64,000 nt of DNA from Anaerolineales bacterium UBA2181 (GCA_002328075.1 DCVT01000022.1:9172-73171), one strand, 5' to 3'; positions 47,606-57,495 are shown, numbered from the stretch's first letter. Program-made: numbers and translations. Notes: generated from the letters alone by a model not told the origin.

Positions 47606-48052
47606 ATGACCATTGAAATACCGCTGCGGGCGCGCCCGGCCGGCGACGCCGGATACCTGGAAGAGATGACCAAGGCCATATTTCGTTCCGGTTTTAGCTG
47701 GCAGGTCATCCGGGACAAGTGGCCTAACTTTCAACGAGCATTTGGTGACTTTGTGGTGGAGCGGGTAGCGGATTACGACGACCGTGACGTGGACCGGTTG
47801 CTGGCGGATCCAGGAATTGTCCGCAACGGCCGCAAGATCGAGGCCACCATCCAAAACGCGCGCCAGATGCGGACCCTCATTGCCCGGCACAACTCGTTCT
47901 TCAGCTACCTCCGCACCCTGGACGGCCAGAGTTACTCAGCCCGCCGGGCAGAGCTGTGCCGCCGGTTTCGGCAGATGGGTCCCACGGCAGCGTTTGTCTT
48001 TTTGTACTGCGTGGACGAAGAGGTTCCCGCCTGGCAAGACCGCAACCTGTAG
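47606..48052 (+). CDS. DNA-3-methyladenine glycosylase I-like protein (Tag/Adenine_glyco fold), apparently lacking the zinc-snap residues
   Basis: IFRSGFSWQVIRDKWPNFQRAFGDF...DVDRLLADPGIVRNGRKIEATIQNARQ parallels E. coli Tag QAGLSW..VLKKRENYRACFHQF...DVERLVQDAGIIRHRGKIQAIIGNAR. The N-terminal C-x-W...H-D-x-E-W-G and C-terminal H/C ligands are not visible. Confidence 0.7.
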   Translation: MTIEIPLRARPAGDAGYLEEMTKAIFRSGFSWQVIRDKWPNFQRAFGDFVVERVADYDDRDVDRLLADPGIVRNGRKIEATIQNARQMRTLIARHNSFFSYLRTLDGQSYSARRAELCRRFRQMGPTAAFVFLYCVDEEVPAWQDRNL

Positions 48053-48085
48053 GCGCGATTGTTCCCACGGATTGGAGGTGGTGAG

Positions 48086-49828
48086 ATGCAGATACTCAGT
48101 GAACGGCAAGAAGCATTGCTCAAGGAGGAGCGCCAATTCCTGGGCGATCTGCGGGTTGCCCTGGCGGCCTTTGGCGCCGCCCCGGAGGACCAGCAGACGT
48201 TGGCCGATTCCATCGAACAACTAGACGATTTTTTCCTGTTGGTGGTGGTGGGTGAGTTCAATGCAGGCAAGAGCGCGTTCATCAACGCGTTGTTGGGCGA
48301 CGCCGTGTTAGAAGAGGGCGAAGTGCCCACTACCGCCCAGGTCCAAATTCTGCGCCATGGTCACGAGCGCCAACGCACAGTGATCAGCGACCAATTGCAC
48401 GTTCTGACCGCCCCAGTGCCCATGCTGCGCGAACTGAGCATTGTGGATACGCCGGGCACCAACTCGATCATCCAACGCCATCAGGAAATTACGTCGAGGT
48501 TTGTGCCCCGTTCCGATTTGGTGCTCTTTGTCACCTCGGCCGACCGCCCTTTTACCGAGAGCGAGCGCATCTTTTTGGAGCGCATCCGGGACTGGGGGAA
48601 AAAGGTCACCGTGGTCATCAACAAGATAGATATCCTGCGAAGCGAGGCAGCGCTGGAGAGCGTTCGCCGTTTTGTGGAGCAAGGGGTCAGGGATACGCTG
48701 GGTCTCGAACTCCAGATTCTGCCGGTCAGCGCCCTGTTGGCGCAGCAGGCCAAGCACGGCCACCCGGAGCGCTGGCAGCAGAGCCGCTTTGAGCCGTTGG
48801 AGCGCTATATCCACGACACGTTGGACGAAAGCGGCCGGCTCCACCTCAAGCTGGAAAGCCCGTTGGGGGTTGGGCTCTTTTTGGTTGACAAATACCTGGC
48901 GGCGACCAACCAGCAGATGAGCCTCCTGCAGGAAGACCTAGGGATGCTGCAGGACGTGGAGAGCCAGTTGACGGTCTACCAAGAGGACATGGAGCGGGAC
49001 TTTGGCCTGCACATGAAGGGGATCGAAAACGTTCTGTACGAGATGGAAAGGCGCGGTCGAGATTATTTCGAGGAGACGTTCCGCCTCCGACGCGTACTGG
49101 ACTTGTTGGACAAGAAGCGGATCGAGCGTGAATTCCAGGAACAGGTGGTGGCGGACGTTCCCCAGCGCGTGGAGCAGCGGGTCAACGAGCTGGTGGACTG
49201 GGTGGTCGAATCGGACTTGCGTCAGTGGCAGGCAGTGACCGACTATCTGGCTGAGCGACGACGGCAGTTCAAAGCGCGCATCGTCGGCGAAGGCGGAACC
49301 GGGTTTCAATACGACCGGGCGCGCCTGTTTGAAGGACTTGGAAGGCAAGCTCAGGAACTGGTGGACGGGTACGATAGGGTGGCGGAAGCTCGCCAGATCG
49401 CTGCCGGCGCCCAATCGGCCGTGGCCGCAGTGGCAGCGCTGGAGGTGGGTGCGGTTGGGCTGGGTGCTCTTGTCGTGGCGCTGGCCACGACTGTGGCAGC
49501 CGACGTCACGGGAGTGCTCATGGCCAGCTTGGTCGCTTTTCTCGGCCTCTTTATCATCCCTAATCGGCGCCGCCAGGCAGAGCATGAGATGAGAGACAAG
49601 ATAACGGCAATGCGCAACCGGTTGGCCGGCGCCTTGCGCAGCCAGTTCGAGGCTGAGATGGGGCGGATCATGCAGCGAATCGGCAATACCATTGCGCCAT
49701 ATACCCGCTTTGTGCGGGCTGAGAGGGATAAGCAACAGGCCGTTCAGGTGGAGCTGGGTCGGATTCGCGCCGGAATGACGCGCCTGCGGGTTGAGGTGCA
49801 GGAAAAAAGCGCTCATGGCGGGAACTGA
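48086..49828 (+). CDS. Bacterial dynamin-like protein (large GTPase with membrane-insertion hairpin)
   Basis: Start refined to ATG 48086 (SD ggaggtggtgag). G1 GEFNAGKSAFINALLG, G3 VDTPG, G4 NKID. Long helical stalk. Hydrophobic paddle AVAAVAALEVGAVGLGALVVALATTVAADVTGVLMASLVAFLGLFII. Confidence 0.8.
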   Translation: MQILSERQEALLKEERQFLGDLRVALAAFGAAPEDQQTLADSIEQLDDFFLLVVVGEFNAGKSAFINALLGDAVLEEGEVPTTAQVQILRHGHERQRTVISDQLHVLTAPVPMLRELSIVDTPGTNSIIQRHQEITSRFVPRSDLVLFVTSADRPFTESERIFLERIRDWGKKVTVVINKIDILRSEAALESVRRFVEQGVRDTLGLELQILPVSALLAQQAKHGHPERWQQSRFEPLERYIHDTLDESGRLHLKLESPLGVGLFLVDKYLAATNQQMSLLQEDLGMLQDVESQLTVYQEDMERDFGLHMKGIENVLYEMERRGRDYFEETFRLRRVLDLLDKKRIEREFQEQVVADVPQRVEQRVNELVDWVVESDLRQWQAVTDYLAERRRQFKARIVGEGGTGFQYDRARLFEGLGRQAQELVDGYDRVAEARQIAAGAQSAVAAVAALEVGAVGLGALVVALATTVAADVTGVLMASLVAFLGLFIIPNRRRQAEHEMRDKITAMRNRLAGALRSQFEAEMGRIMQRIGNTIAPYTRFVRAERDKQQAVQVELGRIRAGMTRLRVEVQEKSAHGGN

Positions 49829-49986
49829 TTGGGAATGGTACGGGAAATCGGCGAAATGCCGGACCTTGGTCGGGTCGCGCGCTGTTGTGACCACCGACCG
49901 CGATCATCACCGCTCCGGTGGATGTTTAATTCTCCAGCGCGGCATGGTCTGCTGTCCCACAATACCTTTGTGCAAGGAGAGCCCGA

Positions 49987-50751
49987 GTGAATCGAGATGA
50001 CCGCGATCGCTCCAAGGACGAGATTTCCCAGGCGTCGCAAAAGGCGCGCATCCTGGTGGTGGAGGATGAGACCGCGCTGCTTCAGACCATTGCCTACAAC
50101 CTGGAGCGCCAGGGTTACGAGGTCCACACCGCTACTGACGGGTTGGCAGCCCTGGATATCGCGCGTTCCCAGAAAAAGCTGGATCTCATCCTGTTGGACG
50201 TCATGCTGCCCCGGTTTGATGGATTTGAGGTCTGCCGGCTGGTGCGCCAGGACATGAACGTGCCCATCATCATGCTGACGGCGCGCGCCGATGAGGTGGA
50301 CAGGGTCGTTGGCCTGGAAGTGGGGGCGGATGACTATATCACCAAGCCCTTTAGCATGCGAGAGCTGATGGCCCGCGTCAAAGCGATGCTCCGCCGCGTG
50401 CGTTTGGTTCGCGAGGAGCGGCTGACTGGAGGAGATGGAGCGCCCGGACGGGCAGCTTTGGAATTCGGCGATCTGGTCATTGACCCGGTGCGGTGGGAGG
50501 TCACCCTCAAAAGGGAGGTGCTGTCATTGAAACCCAAGGAGTATGAACTCTTGCTCTTCCTGGCCCGCAACCGGGGTGCGGTGCTCTCGCGCGATCTGAT
50601 ACTGGAGAGGGTCTGGGGTTGGGATTATGGTGGCGGCTCGAGGACGGTGGACGTGCACGTGCGGTGGTTGCGCGAAAAGATCGAACGAGATCCCGCACAA
50701 CCCGATCGAATTGTCACTGTCCGGGGCGTGGGATACCGGTTTGAAGGGTAA
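49987..50751 (+). CDS. OmpR/PhoB-family response regulator (probable phosphate regulon regulator)
   Basis: GTG start with aaggagag SD. ILVVEDE...[15 protein letters not shown] receiver. Winged-helix C-terminus [31 protein letters not shown]...[15 protein letters not shown]...[11 protein letters not shown]. Adjacent to a PhoR-like kinase and near pstSCAB-phoU. Confidence 0.9.
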   Translation: MNRDDRDRSKDEISQASQKARILVVEDETALLQTIAYNLERQGYEVHTATDGLAALDIARSQKKLDLILLDVMLPRFDGFEVCRLVRQDMNVPIIMLTARADEVDRVVGLEVGADDYITKPFSMRELMARVKAMLRRVRLVREERLTGGDGAPGRAALEFGDLVIDPVRWEVTLKREVLSLKPKEYELLLFLARNRGAVLSRDLILERVWGWDYGGGSRTVDVHVRWLREKIERDPAQPDRIVTVRGVGYRFEG

Positions 50752-50754
50752 AAG

Positions 50755-52536
50755 TTGCTTCGCAGTATCCGCCAACGAATAGCGGTTCCCTATGCCGCTC
50801 TGATCCTGGTGTCTACCGTGGTACTGGCATTGTTCGTCTCCACCTATGTCAGGGCCGAGTATCTGACCGACCTGGAGTCGCATCTGGTGGCCGATGCCCG
50901 CATGGTCGGTCAGGCGGTGCTGCCCGCGCTTCGCGCGGACAGCGCCGGTGCTCAGGTTCTTCAGACTCTGGCGGGGCAGTTGGGAGATTCGCTGGGAGCG
51001 CGGGTTACATTGATCGGAGTGGATGGGTGGGTGCTGGGCGATTCATACGAGGACCCGCTTGGCATGGATAACCACCTGACGCGGCCGGAGGTGCAAGCCG
51101 CGCTGGCCGACGGTGTTGGAGTATCGACTCGTCGCAGCCCCACCTTGGGTTACGACCTCATGTACGCGGCGGTACCGGTGATTCTTGAGGGCGAGACCGT
51201 GGCCATTTCTCGGGTCTCCTTGCCTCTCACCCGGGTGCAGGAGCGGGTGGATCGACTGCGGAACACAGTTCTTCTGACCGCCGCGGCGGTGCTGCTGCTG
51301 GCTGGCCCCCTGGTGGTGCTCACGGCTGAAGGGATCGCCCGGCCGGTGCGCACGCTGACCCAACTGGCCGAGCGCGCATCGCAGGGCGAGAGGTCCGGCC
51401 GCATTCGCACCGCTAGCCACGACGAGACCGGTCGGCTGGCAGACGCCTTCAACCGCATGATTGAAGAAACGGATCGACAGATGGATGCCTTGGCCAGCCA
51501 GAGGAACGCCCTGACCGCGGTGCTGACCCACATGGCGGACGGAGTCATCATCACCGGAGCGGACGAGCGGGTCAGGTTGATCAACCCAGCCGCTGCACGG
51601 CTGCTGGATACCGCTGAAGCCTCGGCGGTGGGCGAGCGGTTCGTCACGGTCGCGCGCGATCATCAGGTGGTCGAAATCTGGCGCCGGTGCCTGGCGAGCA
51701 ATACGGAGCAAACCGCCGCCGTCGAGATGGTCGGCGCGCGCCCTTTTCTGCAGGTGGTGGTCACCCCATTGGACGGCGATAGCTGTCTGGTGCTGCTTCA
51801 GGACCTGACCCGAATCCGCCGGTTGGAAACGGTGCGGCGAGACTTCATCAGCAACATCTCGCACGAGTTGCGTACTCCCCTGGCCTCATTGCGCGCGCTA
51901 GTAGAAACGTTGCAGGACGGAGCGTTGGCTGATCCCCCCGCCGCCACGCAATTCCTGGGCCTGATGCAGACCGAGGTGGATGCACTGGCGCAGTTGGTGG
52001 AAGAGCTGCTCGAACTCTCGCGCATCGAATCCGGCCGGGCGCCGCTGCGGCTATGCCCTACTCCGGTGGCGGACGTGATCCATCCGCCTGTCGCGCGTCT
52101 TCAACCGCAGGCCAAGCGGGCCCACCTGCGTCTATTCGTCGAATTGCCGGAGGGCCTGCCGGATGTGTTGGCCGACGTCGAACGCGTGCGCCAGGTGGTG
52201 ACCAACCTGGTTCACAACGCCATCAAGTTCACCCCCCTCAAGGGCACAATCCGGGTCTGGGCAGAGCCGGCTGGAGATATGGTGCGCATCGCGGTGCAGG
52301 ACAATGGGATTGGCATTGCCACCGATGACCTTGCCCGTGTCTTTGAGCGGTTTTACAAGGTGGATCACGCTCGCAGCGGCAAAGGAACCGGGCTGGGTCT
52401 GGCCATTGCCCGTCACCTGGCCCGGGCTCACGGAGGTGATATCCGAGTGGAAAGCGTGGAGGGAAGCGGCAGCACCTTTAGTTTCACCCTGCCGTTCGCG
52501 CACGATCGTCCAGTTGACTCGGTACAGCAAGGCTAG
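50755..52536 (+). CDS. Sensor histidine kinase (extracytoplasmic loop, HAMP, PAS, HisKA, HATPase), PhoR-like
   Basis: TTG start 3 nt after the regulator stop. Two TM segments flank a ~150-aa loop. H-box FISNISHELRTPLASL. N, G1 and G2 boxes (NLVHNAIKFT, DNGIGI, GTGLGLAI). Confidence 0.85.
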   Translation: MLRSIRQRIAVPYAALILVSTVVLALFVSTYVRAEYLTDLESHLVADARMVGQAVLPALRADSAGAQVLQTLAGQLGDSLGARVTLIGVDGWVLGDSYEDPLGMDNHLTRPEVQAALADGVGVSTRRSPTLGYDLMYAAVPVILEGETVAISRVSLPLTRVQERVDRLRNTVLLTAAAVLLLAGPLVVLTAEGIARPVRTLTQLAERASQGERSGRIRTASHDETGRLADAFNRMIEETDRQMDALASQRNALTAVLTHMADGVIITGADERVRLINPAAARLLDTAEASAVGERFVTVARDHQVVEIWRRCLASNTEQTAAVEMVGARPFLQVVVTPLDGDSCLVLLQDLTRIRRLETVRRDFISNISHELRTPLASLRALVETLQDGALADPPAATQFLGLMQTEVDALAQLVEELLELSRIESGRAPLRLCPTPVADVIHPPVARLQPQAKRAHLRLFVELPEGLPDVLADVERVRQVVTNLVHNAIKFTPLKGTIRVWAEPAGDMVRIAVQDNGIGIATDDLARVFERFYKVDHARSGKGTGLGLAIARHLARAHGGDIRVESVEGSGSTFSFTLPFAHDRPVDSVQQG

Positions 52537-55500
52537 TAGCCCAACTCACGCCCCAGCACCATCAGCGCCATGGCCAACGTTCGGCCGGCGCCGGCCAACT
52601 TGTCCTCTGAAATCGCCTCCACTGAGTCGGCCGGCTGTTGGGAGAACCCCTCCCACCCTTGCCAGCGGACGGACACCATGGGCGCCTCCTGACCAGACCG
52701 TGTAAAGGTGCGACCCTGGTCGTAGATCATGCTGATGTCGATGGCCTCGCGGGCCCTTGCCGTGCTCACGCCCATCTGCTGCGCGGACTTTTCCAGCAGT
52801 TCGGCCAGACGCAGACTGCTGCCGGCCGTGACCTCCAGCCCATCACCCGTACCCGCGCCCACACCCCGCACGTGGATCACCGCCTCCAGTTTGAAATTGG
52901 AGAACGCCGGCCGCGCCTGCAGGAACTTGGAAACGTCGGTGTAGGAGACCAGTTCGCCACCCTCGCGGCCCTGTCCGGCGTAGGCGATGAACATGATGCT
53001 GCGGTTGGCTTGATAGCCCGACTCTTGCAGCACGCGGATGGCCTCCAAAATCACCGCCACGCCGCTGGCGTTGTCATTGGCTGCCGACAGACTCTTGCCC
53101 GGAACGGGCGGTGGGCTGTCGTACGGCGCCATCACCACCACCAGGTAACGGGCGAGGCAGTCCACACAGTTGTCAAAACTGACTGACCCCGGTATGTAAC
53201 CGATGACGTTCTGTACTGGAAAGCGCTCCTCGATCTGCGCCTGGACTTCCACGTCGACGGTGGGCACCAGGTCCAACTGCCAGACCTCCTCGGCCGCCAG
53301 GCGCTCGCGCTGGTCCCGCACCTGGCTCAGCGTGTACCCGGATCCGTCCAGCAGTCGCTCGGCCGCAGAATTCGATAACCAGAGAGAGGGATAGTCCTGG
53401 CCAATAGGTTCACTGTTGAACCAGTGGAAGAAGGCGGCCGCGCTGGCCCCTGAGAGACTGGGCTGAATCTCAAACTGGTGCTCGTCTGGTGCAACCACCA
53501 GCAACCCCTGATCCACCCTCCTAGCCACCTCCAGCGCATCCTGGGCGTCCAAGGTCAGGATCACCTGGCCGTCGAAATCGACTTTGGCCAGATCCACAAA
53601 TCGGGTCTGGATGATGCCTGTGGCCTGTACCAGAGGAACTCCCAAGGCGATGAGTTTCACTGGCCCGCTGCCCACGCCCAACGATACCCAACTCCCCGAA
53701 TAGGCGGCAATGTCCTTGAGAAAGCTCACCGGCGGGCCGTCGTCATGGATCACCAGTTCCGGCTCTGCTACCAGGTACCCAAAGCTGCGTGTTCGGTCCT
53801 GGAACCAGGTACCCCGCTGGCCGCCGGATTGGAGGCCCAGGTCCTGGAACTCCTCGGCGATGTATTTAGCCGCCGCCGCCACCCCAACGGTTCCCAAGGC
53901 TCGGCCCTCCATTTCCGGAGCGGTAAGCGCCAAGACGTGCTGCATGGCGCGGTCGGCTTCGAACTGCTGGGCGTATGCCCTGTAGTAGGGAGTGGAGCCG
54001 CTGTTGTCCATGAGCCAGCTCAGAACCAGAGCCGCCACCACGGTCGCCGCCACGGTGTACCAACTGACCAGCCGGTTGATGACCAGGTTACCCTCTTCCA
54101 CCAGGCGTCGTAAGCCTTCTCCAAAGAGGTTAAAGCTGAGGATCGAGACGAAAAAGGCCAACATGGGGTATAGCGCCGTCCATGGGTAACTGCGGGCCTG
54201 ATAGCGGATGTTGGCCAGCAGGGCGCCCCACTCAGGAACGTCCGAATAGAGCGCAACCCCCGCAGGCAGGTGGAATAGGGTGCCCCCGCCGATAAAGATG
54301 CTGATGAAACCCAGTTCTCCCAAGGTCATCAGCACAGCGCCCATCTCCAACGCGATGATGGAGATGAGGGCAGAAAAGAGGTTGGGAAGGATGTGCCGGC
54401 CCAAGATGCGGGCAGTGCGGGCCCCAGTTGCCACTGCACTCTCGATGTATGGCTGCGGCCGCAATTTGATCACCTCACCCCGCACGAATTGCATGATTTC
54501 GCCCCATCCCACGAAACAGAGGGCCAGGACAAAGGGCACCATCCCCTGCCGGATATCCAAAGCCAGGATCAGAATCATCGCCAGCAGCAAGGTCGGGAAG
54601 GCAGAAATGATCTCGGCCGCGCCCAGAATCCAGCGGTCCAGCTGGCCGCCGTGAGTCCATCCTGCCAGCGCTCCCAGCACCACGCCAACTACGGTTCGGG
54701 TGGCTACGGCCAGGGCTGCCAGGATCAGCGTCTGCTGGGCGCCAGCCAGCAACAGGCTCATCATGCACCGGCCCAGCATATCCGTGCCCCATGGGTAGGC
54801 TTCGCCCGGCTCGAACGGCGGCAGTGCGAGTTTGCCGTCGATAAAGACCAAACCCTCCGTTCGGTAAGGGTTGTTGGGCGTAATGGAGGGGCCCACAAAA
54901 ACCAAGAGGGCCAATCCCAGTACCACCAGGCCGCCCACCATGAAAGGCAGATTGGTCAGCGCCGACTTCCAGGCCGAACGCGTGCGGGTCTCCCAAACAG
55001 TTTGATTTGGCCGGGGAAAGGACCGGTCTGCTAGCTCTTCTGGGCGCAACTCGGCCGCCTGTCTGGCTTGCCGTTTTCGACGCCAGCGAACTAGCAGGTT
55101 ATCATCCGCCCAGTCCCTCAATTCGTCCCTGGCGTCACGCAGGGTCGCCACCAACCCCCGGCGCTCCCGCAGGGCGACGTGGGCCGGTCCCTCTGAAAGG
55201 CGCGGATCCAGGATGCGGTAGCAGAGTTCCAGTATGAGGTTCACCAGGATGAATAACGAACCCAGGCAAAGCACGAGCGCGACGGTCAGATTATGGTCGT
55301 GCCGGGCGATGCTCTTGAGCAGCGTGAAACCCGCTCCCGGCCATCCGAAATAGAGCTCGACGACGGGCAGACTGCTCAGGGAGAATCGCAGCGAGACGCC
55401 GATGGTTGTGAGAATCGGGATGGCTGCGTTGCGCAGGACGTGTACCGCCAACACCCGATGACGCCTCAGTCCCTTGCTGCGTGCGGTCCGCACATAGTCC

Positions 55501-56444
55501 TGGTCCAGGACCTGCCGCACGGCGATGAAGGTCATACGGGTTATCTGCGCGACCGGCCGCGCCGATAACACCAATGCTGGCAGCAGCAGGTGGTTGTCCC
55601 AACCAAAGCCGCCGACTGGCAGCAGGGCGCGCCCCGCGTGGCGTGTCAGCGTGATGACAGCCCACTGGAGCAGATAAGCAGCGAAGAAGCTGGGGACGGA
55701 CATGCCAATGATCGTGGCGATGAGGACATAGAGCGACCGCTGAGCTTTGGAACGGGCCGCAAGCACTCCCAGGCTCACCCCCACCAGCGCAGCCAGCAGG
55801 AGTGAGACCCCCAGCAGTCCCAAGCTGCGTGGCAGCCGTTCCCGGATCACCCCCAACACCGGCACTGCGAGCAGGGTCTCTCCGCCAGCGGTCGAAAGCC
55901 CCAAGTCTCCCTGCACCAGGTTTGTTAGGTACGCACCGGTCCGAGAAAGGGCCTGACTGGCGGCTGGTCCAAAGGGTGTGCCCCCGGCCATATCCAGGCC
56001 GAGGTAGGTCAGCAGGATGATGGTCAGCAATATGAGCGCACCGAAAGCCAGTCGTCGGCCCGCCAGCAGCACCAAACCCCAGCCGGGTCGGCCACGTCGG
56101 TCGCGCCCGCGCGCGGCGGTTTCAACGCTGGCAAAACCTGCCCAGTCCGGCCGAATCGGTTCTGCGACCGGTGGGGCTAGAGGGACGGATACCAGGGGGC
56201 GTGGCGCCAGCCGTTTTCCCAGCGCTTGCACCCCACGCCGCGCTGTCTGGTTCTGCGGCTCAATGCGCTGCACCTGCTCAAGGCAGAATAGCTTGTCGGC
56301 ATCCGCCTCAACCACGCGGGCCAACCAGAGCCACGTCGGGACATCAGTCGGGTGCTCCCGGAGGTGTTGGGCCAATAGCGCTATCGCGTCTGCCCGCCGC
56401 CCGGCCTGCGCTTGCCGGATGCCTTGCTGCAAAAGATCAACCAT
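52533..56444 (-). CDS. 1303-aa fusion: N-terminal TPR-like segment + DppB/OppB-type ABC permease + DppC/OppC-type ABC permease + C-terminal extracytoplasmic M28-peptidase-like domain
   Basis: Single ORF. TPR-like DAIALLAQHLREHPTDVPTWLWLARVV. Permease 1 with YVRTARSKGLRRHRVLAVHVLRNAAIPILTTIG (EAA-loop region). Permease 2 with YPWGTDMLGRCMMS and YIESAVATGARTARILGRHILPNLF. Then a TM, followed by NVIGYIPGS, VVVMAPYDS, AANDNASGVAVILEAIRVL and MFIAYAGQGREGGE, which are collinear with M28 motifs. Confidence 0.75.
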   Translation of the reverse strand: MVDLLQQGIRQAQAGRRADAIALLAQHLREHPTDVPTWLWLARVVEADADKLFCLEQVQRIEPQNQTARRGVQALGKRLAPRPLVSVPLAPPVAEPIRPDWAGFASVETAARGRDRRGRPGWGLVLLAGRRLAFGALILLTIILLTYLGLDMAGGTPFGPAASQALSRTGAYLTNLVQGDLGLSTAGGETLLAVPVLGVIRERLPRSLGLLGVSLLLAALVGVSLGVLAARSKAQRSLYVLIATIIGMSVPSFFAAYLLQWAVITLTRHAGRALLPVGGFGWDNHLLLPALVLSARPVAQITRMTFIAVRQVLDQDYVRTARSKGLRRHRVLAVHVLRNAAIPILTTIGVSLRFSLSSLPVVELYFGWPGAGFTLLKSIARHDHNLTVALVLCLGSLFILVNLILELCYRILDPRLSEGPAHVALRERRGLVATLRDARDELRDWADDNLLVRWRRKRQARQAAELRPEELADRSFPRPNQTVWETRTRSAWKSALTNLPFMVGGLVVLGLALLVFVGPSITPNNPYRTEGLVFIDGKLALPPFEPGEAYPWGTDMLGRCMMSLLLAGAQQTLILAALAVATRTVVGVVLGALAGWTHGGQLDRWILGAAEIISAFPTLLLAMILILALDIRQGMVPFVLALCFVGWGEIMQFVRGEVIKLRPQPYIESAVATGARTARILGRHILPNLFSALISIIALEMGAVLMTLGELGFISIFIGGGTLFHLPAGVALYSDVPEWGALLANIRYQARSYPWTALYPMLAFFVSILSFNLFGEGLRRLVEEGNLVINRLVSWYTVAATVVAALVLSWLMDNSGSTPYYRAYAQQFEADRAMQHVLALTAPEMEGRALGTVGVAAAAKYIAEEFQDLGLQSGGQRGTWFQDRTRSFGYLVAEPELVIHDDGPPVSFLKDIAAYSGSWVSLGVGSGPVKLIALGVPLVQATGIIQTRFVDLAKVDFDGQVILTLDAQDALEVARRVDQGLLVVAPDEHQFEIQPSLSGASAAAFFHWFNSEPIGQDYPSLWLSNSAAERLLDGSGYTLSQVRDQRERLAAEEVWQLDLVPTVDVEVQAQIEERFPVQNVIGYIPGSVSFDNCVDCLARYLVVVMAPYDSPPPVPGKSLSAANDNASGVAVILEAIRVLQESGYQANRSIMFIAYAGQGREGGELVSYTDVSKFLQARPAFSNFKLEAVIHVRGVGAGTGDGLEVTAGSSLRLAELLEKSAQQMGVSTARAREAIDISMIYDQGRTFTRSGQEAPMVSVRWQGWEGFSQQPADSVEAISEDKLAGAGRTLAMALMVLGRELGY

Positions 56445-56844
56445 CAGGATGCATTCCGCACGGCAGCACTCGCCGCACCAACCCTCACATGCCGGCCATC
56501 TCCAACCATCCTGGGTTTGGTCTCACTGGCTCACCGATGCCGGCGACATGGTGGTTTGCTGGGCCAACGCCGACCACGGTGGTCGGCTGGTGGCCTCGTC
56601 CGCGCATAGTACTCCTGGGCGCCTGAAGAGGTTCATCGGGAACAATCGGCAGGTTCTGGCCTGGCACCTCCAAGGCTCTGGCGAGTAGGTGCCGGCCGCA
56701 CTCCCGACCTGCTAGTTTCTGGCCGTGGCTATCCCGAGGCGGGTTGCGGCCTACAGCATGGCGACGCGTCGACAGATCGGATTGTGGTCCAGATGTCATG
56801 GCACTGGATAGGCGTTGGCTGGGTTGTCACCGGCCTGCAATCAT

Positions 56845-57495
56845 TTATCGGTTGCCGGCTCTGAATATCACGTCTTCCCTTCCCGCCAGCATATCCAGCA
56901 TCCGGTCGGTGACAATGTCCAGATGAGGGGGTCTGTGGACAAAGTCCAGGTCGTCGGTGCGGATGGTCAACACAGGGCAGAGATCAAAGGATTGCATCCA
57001 CTCCTCGTAGAAACTCGCCAGCAAACCCAGATAATCGGAAGTGATTCCGGTTTCCATGCCCCGTCCACGGCTTTGAATGCGCTCCAAGAGCACGGAGACC
57101 GGCGCATCCAGGTAGATGAGCAAATCCGGCCGGGGGAGCTCCCGGATAATGAGCTCAAAGACGCGCCGGTAAGCCAGGTAATCACGCTCACTCAGGTTGT
57201 CCAGGTGGTGCAGTGCGCGGGCAAAGATGCATGCGTCCTCGTAGATGCTGCGGTCCGCGATGGCGGACTGCGCGTCCTGTGCCAAGTCCAAGTGCTGCTC
57301 AGCGCGGTGACCCAGGAAGAACACCTGCAGGTGGAACGACCATTTTCGCATATCGGCGTAGAAATCGGCCAGGTAGGGGTTGTCTGAGACCGACTCAAAC
57401 GCGGTGCGCCAACCCAGCCGCGCTCCCAAACGCTCGGTCAACGATGTCTTGCCAACGCCAATGTTGCCTGCCACCAGGACGAACCGCTTGGTCAC
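56845..57495 (-). CDS. Deoxynucleoside kinase (dAK/dGK/dCK family)
   Basis: P-loop VAGNIGVGKTSL, NPYLADFY, FHLQVFFL and DRSIYED motifs typical of bacterial deoxynucleoside kinases. 216 aa. Confidence 0.85.
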   Translation of the reverse strand: MTKRFVLVAGNIGVGKTSLTERLGARLGWRTAFESVSDNPYLADFYADMRKWSFHLQVFFLGHRAEQHLDLAQDAQSAIADRSIYEDACIFARALHHLDNLSERDYLAYRRVFELIIRELPRPDLLIYLDAPVSVLLERIQSRGRGMETGITSDYLGLLASFYEEWMQSFDLCPVLTIRTDDLDFVHRPPHLDIVTDRMLDMLAGREDVIFRAGNR

